This document shows, in pieces, positions 11,891 to 24,553 of a stretch of 64,000 nucleotides of DNA (the stretch's first letter is position 1; each line of letters opens with the position of its first letter). Both the position numbers and the translations under genes were made by a program. The DNA comes from Amphiscolops sp. MND2022 (lineage: Eukaryota). The DNA lies in assembly GCA_964187785.1 (NCBI GenBank), contig OZ076409.1, positions 60,266,001 to 60,330,000 of the forward strand. The letters are read 5' to 3'. The notes under the pieces are model-generated. The model was not told the origin of the DNA and ran no database searches. It worked only from the letters and a program-made list of their open reading frames with translations.

Positions 11891-13864
11891 CATTAAAACT
11901 ATCAATTTAATGCGGGATTCGTATCACTGAAATTGAGGGACACTGAACTTCGTAATGACAACCGAGTTAACTCCTGGGCCAAAAATTTTATGAAAAATTT
12001 GCCACTGATGGAGGGAAATATCCATACTAAAACTGAGTTTTGGTTCTTAAGAAAACCAATAAAAAACCTTTTGTGTGTTTTTTTTTGGATTTGGAGACCA
12101 TTTTTTAAAATCAAAACGAAAAATTGTTTGTGACAAAATAGTTTCCGCCCTGTCACTCAGGCATCATTCTTTAGAAAAAAAACTTTTGATGTTGAGACAT
12201 TACACGGAAGAAGTTTTGTTTTTTTTGATGAAGGGTAGGAGAATGGTTTAACTGCAAAACAAGCACAGCTGATCATTCCGCTCCTCATTAAATGTGCGCG
12301 AAAATTGAATGCTGCTAACAAAGGTCCCCTGAAGTGTTAACACTTCATAATTAAGTCTATGATGCAAAAACGTTTCGTAAAAGCAATATTGCACTCAGAG
12401 CAAACACAAGAACGAACAAAATTTTATTCAGTTCTAAATGCTGCAACTACAAGAGACGCAGTGGCACCTCGATATTTTTGCATTCTGTTACAAGGCACCT
12501 TCAGAAGAATTCGAACACTCTCTATCAACAATTGATTGCATGAGAAAAAAAATCTCAACGTCAATCCGACGTATTCTTAAATCAGACAGTTTCCAAAATA
12601 GCAATTTTAAAATGATTGTTTCCACTGTATTCTTCTTGCCTAAACTTAATCGGAAGAACCATCAATAATTCGGTAGAATAGTGATTCATCCTGGAAAGGA
12701 GGTCAGCTTAAGTTCCAAAAAGAACAAAGAGTGTGAACTTTGCTAAAAAATTACAAGAAGACGGTCATTAAGCTCATCACAATACCGACAAATAGCCTTA
12801 AAAAGGCAAAATTATGGAATATCTCAAATAAAAATCCTCTATAGGTCTGAAACTAAATTCATGCGAATAGGGTTCCGAAATGGCAAACTCATCCCGAACA
12901 TTTTGACAGCCCTCCTCTTCCCAAAATTTAGTCAGAAAAAAACGTCCGTAATTCGATATTATAATTATAATTTAAAAAAACAGTAACGAATCACGTCTGA
13001 ATAATTTTTTCAAATGCCCAAGAACAGTTATCGACAAAACTGTTATCACCCTCACAGTTAAGACAGATAACTGGAAGGGAGCTCGAAAAACACTTTTCCT
13101 TTAAACAAATACATCAAAAAACCCAAATTTGCAAGGAAAATGTTTTTCGTGAAAAAGTCGTACAGAGAACAAACACTTTTGGTCAAAAATGCATTTTTTT
13201 GAGGAAAACGATTTGTTTCCCCCAAATAAACATACTAACACAAAGAAATTAACCAGGCTACAATGCATTTTTGACCAAAAATTTCCGTTCTTTTCAGCCA
13301 AACGATATTCAAGTGATAACTTTTCGTCGTGTTTTTTTTCAATCTGATTGAAGTGACTATTCCATGCCGAATGCCAAAATATCAAAAATCCTACAAACAT
13401 TTTATAACTTGATCCCCCTTTGGTCCCCCTTTGGTTTTTCCCTATTGTGAAATTGGGAATTTATTCAGTACAAAAACCTTTGAAATACTTCTGCCCTTTG
13501 TGAGCTTTAAGCGGGTGCTGACTTATGCACGTCTTCAATTTCTTATCATTCTCAAATTGACTAAACCTATTGTTTTCATAAATTAGATTTTTTTCAAATG
13601 AAAGAAGGGAAGTTTTTTGAACCACTCCTCAACCACACTTTTCATATTATGTGTACATACAAAAAAGATATAGTTCTATTGGTAGAACATTGCGTGATAT
13701 TATGTGACGTCATAAAAATAAAGTTGTTCTAGAAATTCTGACAAAATATTGTTGAATTTTATCTATGAAGTTGAAACCTTGATTTGGAAACCACTTGCAA
13801 GAAAAAGCACAAGAATGTATCTGACTAAACTATTTAAACATTCATAACACTTTGCCCTTTTTAG

Positions 13865-14128
13865 ATGAAGAAACGCACCCCATAAAGTACAACATAGAGA
13901 CATCAAGTCTCCGAAGTACATTCTCAATTGGCGAAGATTCGGGCAATTTACAACTTCTGAAAGAGTTGGACGCCGAGTCGCAGCCTAGATACGTCATCAC
14001 CATCTCGGCTATCAGTGGCAATGACGTCACGTCCGTCGGCAGATGTCAAGTGGAAGTTCGGGTCGATGACATCAACGAGTATCCGCCGAAGTTCATGAGC
14101 ACTCACGAAAGCTTTTCTGTTAAGGAAG
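13865..14128 (+). CDS. ds: Dachsous-like cadherin, internal exon A (phase 1-1)
   Basis: Acceptor ctttttag/13865, donor AAG/gtagtt. Encodes LDAE...VRVDDINEYPPKF. Gene symbol inferred from the repeat pattern (see findings). Confidence 0.9.
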
Positions 14129-14635
14129 GTAGTTCTTCAATTAGAAAAATATATCACTTCAAACATTAGGAGAAAATTTCCTTTTTCCCCGCTCAGCAGT
14201 GCAGTGCATTCATGGTTCGTAGAAAAACCCAGGAAAAAACAACATCCCCGATGAGCACAGTGATAATTTCCAACCTGATCTGTCTTTAGCAACAACGTAA
14301 TTTGATGCTTGAGCGTAACCAATTGTACTCATGCAAACCTAAAACTTGAAAAAACTGAATCTTTAGACACGCGAGATTCCTCCGCACTACGTGGTGACAA
14401 AATGCTTGTTCAGAAAAAACTCACTCTTCTCGTCAGCAGAATTAGAGCCTGAGACTGTTTCTGACGGTAACATTGTTAGAGTTCTTTTGCAGTCCACGGA
14501 GCTGGAATATTGAACCCTACGAGTGACTGAATCGTGGATCTCAATCTTAGCCAATTTTGTTATACTTAATTGATGATTATAAGGAATCGATTTGTTTATC
14601 ACTATTAAAACTAATTAGATTGTTAAATTTCTCTT

Positions 14636-14765
14636 GGCAGACAGGGATAAGATCTAATGGAATAAGATCTAACGCTTTATGATTGGTGGAGAACACCCCA
14701 TCCATGTCAATTCGAGACTTTTGATTCGTTTAGATCTTACTCCGTTAGATCTTATTCTGCTTTCC
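14636..14765. mobile_element. 130-bp MITE (Mutator-like)
   Basis: GG...CC termini, imperfect ~39-bp TIRs with tandem TAAGATCTAA, and a 10-bp TSD AATTTCTCTT at 14626-14635 and 14766-14775. Confidence 0.8.
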
Positions 14766-15508
14766 AATTTCTCTTCTCTAGTTCAATTGAGCCGAAAAGC
14801 ATATTGGAGAGAAAACTAGTCACGCTAGTCAGTTTAGCAAAGCCTTAATCACCAAATAAAAACCTGGTAATACCAAATAAAACCTGGTAAACTCACCGAA
14901 TAAAAAAACCTTTCTGATAAAGTTAGATTCTAAATTTCCTACACTCTCTGTGACTATTGCTGGAAACAAAATGCTGAAACGCTTTTGATTTCTAAAGTCT
15001 TTCAGTTTGTAATCTTTAAAAAGTTACCACGATAGTTTGCACTTAATTACTACGCAAGCGCCGACTAAAAAGTATGACCACGAAGTAGTTGATTTTTTGT
15101 TGATAACTGTGAATATCCATGATCCATGTCGATGAAACATGCATAACTTTTACCAAACTTGCGTAAAACTTCGAATCTTCATTCGTATTGTTTGGAATTC
15201 TGATATATCAAGTCATTTTCTAGAAGAATTATCATCCTGAACAAGGCGCAACTTCAAAACCATTGTCAATGCTGAATTCTTTGAAAGAACCTTTATTGCA
15301 GCTCTAAGTTTTCGAATATTGCGGACGTCAATATTCTTTAGGTTGCCTAAATGAGCTTTTGGAATCGCACTGGATGTTAATTGGTAAGGTGAGATATACA
15401 TATTTTGAATGAGCTAATTTGTCTTGTGGGTAAAGTTTTATACTGTACGAATTTGCATACTATGGTCGAAGATAACGGTGTACACTGTCACATCTAGCAT
15501 TTTTTCAG

Positions 15509-15974
15509 ACGCTGTAATCAGAAGTTCAGTCGGATCCATTGAAGCATACGATGATGACAGCTCACCGCCAAACAATGCCATAAGCTATTTCATGGAAACT
15601 TACGACGAATTCTTTGAAATTACGATAGAAGGCAAACTCCTCACTAAATCTCTGCTTGACCGAGAAACTAACCAAAGTTTCGACCTCGTGATAATCGCGC
15701 GGGACGAAGGAACTCCCAGTTTGTCGTCATCAATTTCTGTCAGTGTCATTGTGATTGATGTGAATGACAATACACCTACGTTTAGCAACCCAAATGGCTA
15801 TGACTTTTCGATTCTGGAGAGCACTGAAATTTTTGAGACCATTGGCTCTGTGACAGCAAATGACAAGGATCAAGGGTCAAACGCAGACTTTGAGTTTTCT
15901 TTGAGGTCAAATGATGACCTCGTACTGGGAACTTTTGCGGTCAATTCGACTACTGGAGATATTTACGTGACAAG
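15509..15974 (+). CDS. ds: Dachsous-like cadherin, exon B (phase 1-2)
   Basis: tttttcag/15509 and CAAG/gtatat. Encodes AYDDD, LDRE, DVNDNTPTF, ANDKDQG. Confidence 0.93.
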
Positions 15975-16673
15975 GTATATTTGTGTCATCAAAAAATTTA
16001 AACTACTTTCAAAATAGTATTCTAGAGATGTGCCTAAGTTTTTTACGTTCCTCTTTTACCATTTGAAAAGATAATCTTTGGATGTCGGGTTGACCACCAC
16101 AGGATAAACATTGATTTCATAGTACAAACATGGTCTTCAATTAAACACCGAGGTTCATACAAAAGTCTATGCAAGAGTATGAAAATATGAAAGTAGGAAA
16201 ATGAAACATCAATTTTGAAATTAACGGCAAAAATTTGCATAACGTAGTCGAGCAGTGAAAACACTGAGGTCAAGTTTCTCCCGAAAATTGAGCTAAACGA
16301 CATCAAAAAAATCTATCAGTCAGTGGCATCTGTTAATTCATTTTAAGCAATATATGTTGAGCTCCTGCAATATTCTTATTACTAAAACACCACCCTTCAA
16401 AACAACCGCGGGTTTTCAGCCACGCTTTCTTTTGAAAGCGACCCTAAAATATCTTAATGAAATAGACTTTTCGATGAGATGGCATCTGCATAAAATCATT
16501 TTGGCTTCATGCTGCCAAATCGTATTCTTTTAGTATACCATGACTATGTTTTCCATATATGTAATCGAATCATTCAAAACATGCATGAATTGTCTCCAAA
16601 CTCCCCTTTTTCATTACAATGAATCTTTTCATCACTTTGCTTGCATGGATTTTCCAAGTCGTATGTGTTTCAG

Positions 16674-16869
16674 GTACCTGGATAAGTCAGAGAAGACCCT
16701 GTTCCAGTTCGAAGTGTGGGCCACGGATTTAGGGGAGGAGACGCGACTGACTGGCAAGACGAATGTTCTGGTCGAAGTGTTGGACTCCAATGACGCCACC
16801 CCTCGTTTCGTTTCATCCAAGTACTTGTTCGAAGTTGAAGAGGGATCCGGGGTTCTCCAAATTGGACAG
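16674..16869 (+). CDS. ds: Dachsous-like cadherin, exon C (phase 2-0, GC donor)
   Basis: tttcag/16674. Encodes ATDLG...VLDSNDATPRF...LQIGQ and ends CAG/gctagt. Confidence 0.88.
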
Positions 16870-17278
16870 GCTAGTCGAGCGTTCCATTCTCAGAAATGAA
16901 TGAAAGAATAATGGTGATTTGAAACCTTTTGAACCTTTTGTAACAAAAAAATCCGCTGGAGTAATTATTTCCGAAAATCTATGTCCAAAGAGAAAAATCC
17001 AAGATTTGCTCTGTTGAGACATGTTGAAAATTTTCAGGATCGAAAAATTAGTCCTTGAAGTTTATTCATTTTTCTAGTCTTCTACTTTTTTGATCTCTAA
17101 TAACAGCAATCAGCAATTTGCAAAACGATCATGAAAAATTTTGCAAACAAAATACAAAATTACCTACAAATTTTATGAGTATAATTTGTTTTTGTTTGAA
17201 TCTTTTTTCTTGTATTCAGTTTCTCAACTGCATATATTTGGAGCAATTCGAAATTCATGATTTGTGCTTCCTTTTCAG

Positions 17279-17501
17279 GTATTCGCTACGGATGCTGACA
17301 CTGGTATAAACGGTCACTTCGAGTTCTCCATCTATCAAGACGATGGAAATTTCTTCTCAATCAACCCGTCGACAGGTGTCATAACCTCCATCAGGACCCT
17401 GGACAGGGAGTCTGCCCCCATGAGGACCCTGGAACTTGAAGTGCGAGATCGAGGCCAGCCTGTAAAGAGCAGTTTTGCCACTGTTTATGTTTACATTACA
17501 G
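17279..17501 (+). CDS. ds: Dachsous-like cadherin, exon D (phase 0-1)
   Basis: cttttcag/17279 and ACAG/gttaga. Encodes VFATDADTG...LDRE...VRDRG. Confidence 0.92.
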
Positions 17502-18148
17502 GTTAGATTCCTAATCCTTAAGTTTGGAGGCCATTCCGTAATTGTATGGTTATTCCACAGATCTTATTGCTTATTATTCCCAATATCCTATTTAGGAATT
17601 GCTTGAATCTAGAGTCATTACCATTACCTTTACCATTATGTATGAAAACTAACGTTGTCTTAAAACTTCGTCCTGATTTGCAAAACGTACAACGTTTTCT
17701 TTTCCCGCACTTGTCAAAATTCCATTAAACTTTGAAAAGTAATGACAAATTACCAGCTTATTATGGAACTTTAAGTGAATTTCTCAAACTAGAATTATTG
17801 TATTCCAATAATCTTAAGAAAGATTGTTTCTGAAAATTTTTTCATACCAAGTCAACTACATGTATAATATCAACACCTGTACAACAAATGTTTTTAAAGA
17901 AGCTATGAATGATTTCAGTGTAAAAGATTCTATTGTTTGTAAATAGTTTGACTGGTGGTTTTTTCTGATTTTTATCAATGTCCGAAACTCGGTAAAGGTC
18001 AATTTGGTATGAACCGTATAACAAGAATAATATCGTTTTATAGGAACTCTTGAAAACTATTCTTAGATATGACTCAAAACAATTCTTCAATTGTAACAGG
18101 TAAGACCAATTTTTTTCGAACTGTTCAAGTAAGGAAGAATATATTTAG

Positions 18149-18304
18149 ACATAAACGATTCTCCACCGAAATGTGAACAAACACTCTACGATGTGCAAGT
18201 ATTCGAGGGTGCCCCAGTGACCACGGTGGTTGTGACCATAAGGGCTCAGGATCAAGACTCGATCGGGCCCAACTCTCAAGTGCAATATTTTCTCAATGGA
18301 AATG
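18149..18304 (+). CDS. ds: Dachsous-like cadherin, exon E copy 1 (156 bp, phase 1-1)
   Basis: atttag/18149 and AATG/gttagt. Encodes (D)INDSPPKCEQTLYDVQVFEGAPVTTVVVTIRAQDQDSIGPNSQVQYFLNGN. Not in the ORF track. Confidence 0.9.
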
Positions 18305-18569
18305 GTTAGTGAAAATGTAGAGGACAGACAAACTCTAACACAAACTAATTAGTCTGCCTTATTGTTATATTGATGCTATTTATAGTTTTGTACCTGCCTG
18401 CCACTTAAGAGCAGATGAAGTCTATCACTTGATGATAATGAAAAAAGAGATAGCTAGAGAAAAGTTGAATTTTATACAACGATTCTTTTACAAGTTTCAA
18501 ACAGAATACAACATGGCGCAGTCAGCGTAACCGTAGAGTTACCAAAGAACAAGCACATCAACTCCAAAG

Positions 18570-19661
18570 ATGGACGACAACACAAACACTACTCCACGGA
18601 ACGGAGCCACCAACAGGACGTCGGCGGGAAATCAATCGAGTGACCAACCGCTACCAAATGACACACTCAATAGAACCAATGAACGGACGTGTACACAGAA
18701 ATTAACCATCCCAACATTGGAAAAACAAGATCACACCAATGCCAACATGTGGTGGCGAAAGTTCGTACAGTATATAAAAATGACCAAGGACTTGGGTTTA
18801 TCAAAGATGACAAACAACAAAGAGATACTTCCACAATACCGTGACCAATTGGAAACGGAAATAAAGGACATATTCCTATGGGCAATTGGACAAAACGCAA
18901 TCACGGAAATGACCAAGACGGTTAGAGAAAGAGAACCAAGCTCACTCCCGTTACACAAGTTATATACATTATTCCGGTTACACTTCACACCGGAAAGAAA
19001 TGTTCAACACCGCAGAGCCGACTTCTTCGACCTCAAACGGGAAGACGGAGAGTCCGCGGCGGATGTATGGAAACGAATACTAGAAGTCGAGAAAAATTGC
19101 GAATTTGAAACAATAACCGCGGCAGAACTTCTAGCATCAAAATTCCTATCCGTCATCGGAAAATCAACAGGTGACTATGACCTCAAAAAGAAAATTAGAA
19201 AAAGTGACATGTCAATAGAGGCAATCACCGAGGCATTACATGAATACATGTACGAGAAATTGAACGACTCACCTGAAACAGAGGGAGAGAAGAAAATCAG
19301 ATACCTAAATAAAAGAAAAACAAGGAAAACAAAAGACTTGTCGGAAAAACCAACAAAATTCAAAAAAGTAGACTGCAACAGATGCGGAACTCCCAATTGG
19401 TCCAGACAACATGAATGCCCGACCAAAGGAAAGAAGTGCATGAAATGTGAAAAAATCGGACACTACGCAAAATATTGTAGAACAAACAAAAGAGTAAACC
19501 ACGTACAGGACGATGAGGCAAGCAGCGCGGAAGAAGACGACTGGTCTCCAAACACAATCCATTCAGTAAATCAAATGGTACATTCAACACGCCAAAGAAA
19601 AACGGTCCAGAATTCTTCACCCTCACCGCATTGGTTACCAATCGGCCAATCAATTTCATAA
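18570..19661 (+). CDS. Gypsy-A gag
   Basis: Two zinc knuckles, CNRCGTPNWSRQHEC and CMKCEKIGHYAKYC. Confidence 0.9.
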   Translation: MDDNTNTTPRNGATNRTSAGNQSSDQPLPNDTLNRTNERTCTQKLTIPTLEKQDHTNANMWWRKFVQYIKMTKDLGLSKMTNNKEILPQYRDQLETEIKDIFLWAIGQNAITEMTKTVREREPSSLPLHKLYTLFRLHFTPERNVQHRRADFFDLKREDGESAADVWKRILEVEKNCEFETITAAELLASKFLSVIGKSTGDYDLKKKIRKSDMSIEAITEALHEYMYEKLNDSPETEGEKKIRYLNKRKTRKTKDLSEKPTKFKKVDCNRCGTPNWSRQHECPTKGKKCMKCEKIGHYAKYCRTNKRVNHVQDDEASSAEEDDWSPNTIHSVNQMVHSTRQRKTVQNSSPSPHWLPIGQSIS

Positions 19662-22600
19662 TAGATAGTGGCTCATCGTTAACCTTAATACCGAAGTCAC
19701 AGTTCAACAGCACAACACCATTGAGACCGATTGGAACCGAATACAGAGATGTGAATGACAACCGAATAAAATTCGAGGGAAAAACAATTGCACTAGTCGA
19801 AATAAACGGGAAACGGAACAACTTAGAAGTCCTAATAACAACAAAGAAAACTAACCCCTTATTAGGCTTGGATTGGATGGAGAAACTGGGAATAACACTC
19901 GATACCAATAAAATTGATCCTCAGGTAAACCATGTAATCGAGGACTCGGACGTAACCGTCCTGAAGAAAAGATTTAAAAAACTCTTCAACGAAAACCACA
20001 CCGTGAATGGAATTGAGGTAAAAATACAACTGAAAGAAGACGCAAGACTGATACAGCAAAAAGGGAGACCAATACCGATCCACTTACAACAATCGGTCGG
20101 GAAAGAAACAAATAAACTCATAAAACAAGGCCACGTCGAAAAAGCGAACAACATAGACAAAAATTGCTTTGTCAGCCCGGCCGTAATCACGGTAAAGAAA
20201 GATAAGTTGGTAAAAATTGCACTGGACTCACGGAAACTCAACGAAAGTACCATCAAAAGAAAGGCACAAATGCCCAACATGGAGGAATTAATTTCCAGAA
20301 TTTCAAGAAAAATTGCAGATGGCCCAGCAGACGAAATCTGGACATCAAAACTCGATCTGGATTATGCATATGACCAGCTAATCCTATCCAAAGAAGCCCA
20401 AAACCTATGCATTTTCGCCGTAACCGGCGGGGCTTTACCGGATACTACCGGTTCCTAAAGGGATTCTACGGGTTGGCGGACATACCGACCATCTTTCAAG
20501 AGAAAATCGACCAAACACTGGAAAACAAACACCCAGCATGGCTAGACGACATCATCATCGTAACAAAAGGATCAAAACAACAACATAAAAAAGAACTAAA
20601 AGAAGTTCTAACCCGGCTGGAAAATGCCGGTTACAGACTCAGCGGAAACAAATCCGAATTTTTCAAATCCGAGATAGAATGGATCGGTCATAAAATAGAC
20701 CAAAACGGTATTAGACCGTTACAAGACAAACTGATGGCGATAAAAAATCTGAAACAACCCAATAATGAAAAAGAATTAAAATCATTTCTGGGAGCCATCC
20801 AATATCTATCCAAGTACATAGACAATCTCTCCGCCCAAACAGACAGTTTGAGACAGTTATTGAAGAAAGACAACGAATGGATATGGACGGAAGAACATAC
20901 AGAGGCATTCGAAAATCTCAAGCAAAAAATCACGGAAATACCGTGTCTGGCTCATTACAATTCGGATTATCCAAACATAATAACAACCGACGCCAGTACA
21001 AAAGGCCTCGGCGCAACACTCTGGCAAGAACAACCAGACGGAAGTTTAAAACCAATAGGTTTCGCAAGTCGATTCCTCTCAGACACCGAAAAGAAATACG
21101 CAATCAATGAACTCGAACTATTAGCCGTAGTCTGGGGATTAGAACACTTCCGATTATACGTTTACGGTAAGCCGATTAAATTACTCACGGACCACCAAGC
21201 ACTCGAACCATTGATTAAACGAAACCGATCCAATAAAACGTACAGGGCGCGACTGACAAGGTGGCTGGACTGGTTGGCACATTTCACCATTAATGTAAGC
21301 CATATCGCAGGCAAACATTTAGCACTTACGGATTACTTGAGCAGAAATCCGTCAGCGCCGCCGCAAACAGACGAAGCGTACGACGAAGAATACGTCATCA
21401 ATAACGTCATCCCGCACTACAAATTTATCTCCAAGCACGGTTGCCTTAGCAACCACGTTAACCAATCAGAAAGCGAGACGGTCGAAAACGGACGCAAAGC
21501 AAATAACAAACCGCGGTCACAGGACGCGCGCAAACAAATCGCCATTGATTGCCTTAACAGCTCAGCATTAACACGCAACGCTTTAGAAAGTTTCAAAATG
21601 AATATCAAAACAATTGATAATTTGGCAGCAGTAGACTCCTCAGCAGAAACCACTGAATTAATCCAACGGTGGAAAGAAATAGTAAAACCCGGCATTTATC
21701 GTATGACCGGAGGAAAATGGAAAAAGTACCATGAGCCCAAATTCCTACGGAACGGAAGACGGGTAATAGAAGAGAGACTCCAACAAATCATACAAGGCAG
21801 AGAACAGGGCGACTTGAGACAACGAATTGGCCCACAACACAGCGGTGGATTCCAGCCACAAACAAGAAGATCCGAACAGTGGACCGTAGATCCATTCTGG
21901 GAAATGGATAGACCAACGCCGGCCCAATACGAAGATCTACCCGAGCCACCGACAGCCACACCGGGACATGAACTGTTCGCTCCCATGCCAATGGAAAAGG
22001 GCGAAATCGAGTCGGAGACGGACCAAGGCCCGTCAATCCTAGAAGTACCCGCAATAAACTGGGCACGCTACGTTGGAGTTAAAAGCGTGCAATATGTCAA
22101 AATGGGGCACGCTCCAAAAATCTTGGCACAAGAAACAAATAATTGGGACCTGGAACAGGCGGTGAGAGAAACCGAAAGGAATTTTTCCACAGACCTGCAA
22201 CTGCTAATGAGCGAGACATCCAACGATCCGGTCCTGCTAAAAACACTGGTTTGCCTCGAACGCCAGCAACACGACCAAATCCCAGACGAATACCTACCCC
22301 ACAAAAAGAAATTATCAAGCCGGTTCGGTCTAGTATTCATTGAAGACAAAATAATTGTCCCAAAGAATCTCCGAACAACGATCATTAGCCTACTACACAA
22401 AGGCCACCCCGCCATCAATAAGATGACATCTGCCGCAAGACATTTCTGGTGGCCGAAGATGACCGAGGCAATTCAAAAGAAATGCGAGTCATGCATCCCC
22501 TGCAAAATGTCCGGTAAGAGTATTAAATCTGATATACCAAGTACGGAAAAGAACCACCTCCCCCGGTTAGAAAATCCAAACGAAGAAATTCAATTGGATT

Positions 22601-24213
22601 TTATCGGACCAATCACGGTAGACAACCGTCGATTTCACATTTTACTATCTATGGACCGGTTCAGTAGATGGCCAGCGACAAGCTTCTGCACGTCTACCGA
22701 TGGCGAAACGGCGATAAAATTTCTTGAACAGTACATTCAATTAAACGGAGTCCCTAAAACGATAAGGACCGATAAGGCTACCGCCGTTACGGGACGCTCA
22801 TTTAGAAACTTCTGTAAAGAACACTATATCAAACTAATATACGGGATACCGTATATCCATACCCCCACCGGTTTAGTGGAACGGGGGGTCAGAACACTGA
22901 AGGAAAATCTGCTTACGAACATTAAAGCCGGGGAACGCTTCAGCAAAGCACTGGACCTATCATTAGACGTAATGAGAAAAACACACACTCGCGTTTAAAA
23001 AAATCCGCCTTTGAATTACTATGGACGGAAACCTAACACGGAAATAAGTAACCTACTGAAACTTGATAACCTAGAAAAATTACCAAAAAATTCCGTTTCA
23101 GCAAAACCAGATACCTTGCAGGTATACTCGTTCAATGGAGCCGGCGGTGTGTCCGACCAGCTACCAATGAAGACGAAGAAAAACGCGAAAGGAGTTAGTA
23201 ACTATCCATTCTTCTTTTTAGAAAAAAAACACCAACGTAATAAATTCGAAAGTGCATACTCCGATAAACTGCAATTAGCAGTATCGGGCACTAAACATAC
23301 CATAACCACACCAAATGCAAAAATCCTACATAGGAAAATGATTAGTAAACCCATTTCTAACTTTAACCAGGAACAAAACAACAGAGGGATCGGGCCACGT
23401 GGACCAGACGGCCGATTTATCACATCACTGTCCAAACACAGACGAACGACGGTAATCGAATCGGACAGCGAGTCAGAGACGCCATTAATGGATACAACAA
23501 GTCCAAAGACCCCGGAACCACAACCCAATACAACAATCAAAACGGGCACAATCGGGAGAGGCAGACCAAAGTTGGTTCGAGACCGTACAACCCCAAACTC
23601 TCCACAAGCAACAACTACAACGGGCCCACTAACCATAGTCACAGCAAATATGACGGACACGGAAATAGACCGTTCCATAACCGACACCAAAAACGCGGAC
23701 CAAGAACTTGTTCTCAGAGATGAAAACGGTAAGGTACTTTTTAATAACTCCAGCCAGAACACTTTAGAAGATAACTTTGAAAATTCTGATCTAGACTTAG
23801 CGAGCAATTTGAGCTCAAGCACTGAAATTGACAAGAAAGAAAAGGAACCCATTCGCAGATCAAAGAGACTGACAAAAACCAACCCAATCATTAGATATAA
23901 TAATCCCATTTGTCATGATTACAGGAAACACCGTAAACAGACTGAATTCGGCAACACCGGATCAACTAACAGCACAACCGGAGTGGAAAGAAGACGATCT
24001 CTAGACCGGTCAGACACACACATCCAGACGTTACGGCCAATCGCGAACCGGAACAAACAAAGTTGCCAGGAACGGTCAACCGTCCACCAGAAACTGGACC
24101 AGTGGAGGAATACCCGCCACAACAAACATTCCAGCAACCCCATTGGCCGATCATCAGCCAATAGTAAGGGGGGGAATGTAGAGGACAGACAAACTCTAAC
24201 ACAAACTAATTAG
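19631..24213 (+). pseudogene. Gypsy-A pol (protease, RT, RNase H, integrase, long C-terminal extension), split over three ORFs
   Basis: IIDSGS protease; WLDD RT; TTDAS..ELELLA..TDH RNase H; HKGH..CIPC plus QLDF/RTD/GLVER integrase. Breaks near 19600, 20430 and 22980-23020. The last ORF runs through the PPT into the 3' LTR. Confidence 0.92.
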
Positions 24214-24375
24214 TCTGCCTTATTGTTATATTGATGCTATTTATAGTTTTGTACCTGCCTGCCACTTAAGAGCAGATGAAGTCTATCACTTGATGATAAT
24301 GAAAAAAGAGATAGCTAGAGAACAGTTGAATTTTATACAACGATTCTTTTACAAGTTTTAAACAGAATACAACAG

Positions 24376-24531
24376 ACATAAACGATTCTCCACCGAAATG
24401 TGAACAAACACTCTACGATGTGCAAGTATTCGAGGGTGCCCCAGTGACCACGGTGGTTGTGACCATAAGGGCTCAGGATCAAGACTCGATCGGGCCCAAC
24501 TCTCAAGTGCAATATTTTCTCAATGGAAATG
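24376..24531 (+). CDS. ds: Dachsous-like cadherin, exon E copy 2 (identical duplicate with LTR-derived acceptor)
   Basis: Identical to 18149-18304. Preceded by LTR ...ATACAACA plus G (CAG acceptor) and followed by the native donor gttagtgcttcc. Whether it is spliced in is unknown. Confidence 0.6.
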
Positions 24532-24553
24532 GTTAGTGCTTCCTTTAAGTTAA

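Larger units (their letters stand above)
18316..24374 (+). mobile_element. Gypsy-A: full-length Ty3/Gypsy LTR retrotransposon with small frameshifts
   Basis: 198-bp LTRs at 18316-18513 and 24177-24374 (TGTAGAGG...TACAACA, 2 mismatches). PBS TGGCGCAGTC at 18514 (tRNA-Ser type). PPT AAGGGGGGGAA before 24177. Domain order gag-PR-RT-RH-IN. No short TSD. Confidence 0.97.

Noticed and set aside
19590..19661. Programmed -1 gag-pol frameshift in Gypsy-A
   Set aside because: In the related Gypsy-C the zinc knuckles run in frame into the protease (CKKSGHFAKVC...IDTGS), so a simple deletion is more likely.
23202..23909. 235-aa antisense ORF in Gypsy-A as an env-like or accessory gene
   Set aside because: It is the shadow of the A/C-rich sense ORF, has no motifs, and has no clear counterpart in Gypsy-C.
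18148..24538. Duplication by unequal recombination between two independent Gypsy-A insertions
   Set aside because: Less favoured, not excluded. The left junction carries AAAA, which is not in the host sequence (GTTAGTGCTTCC), whereas a normal insertion would join the LTR directly to host DNA.
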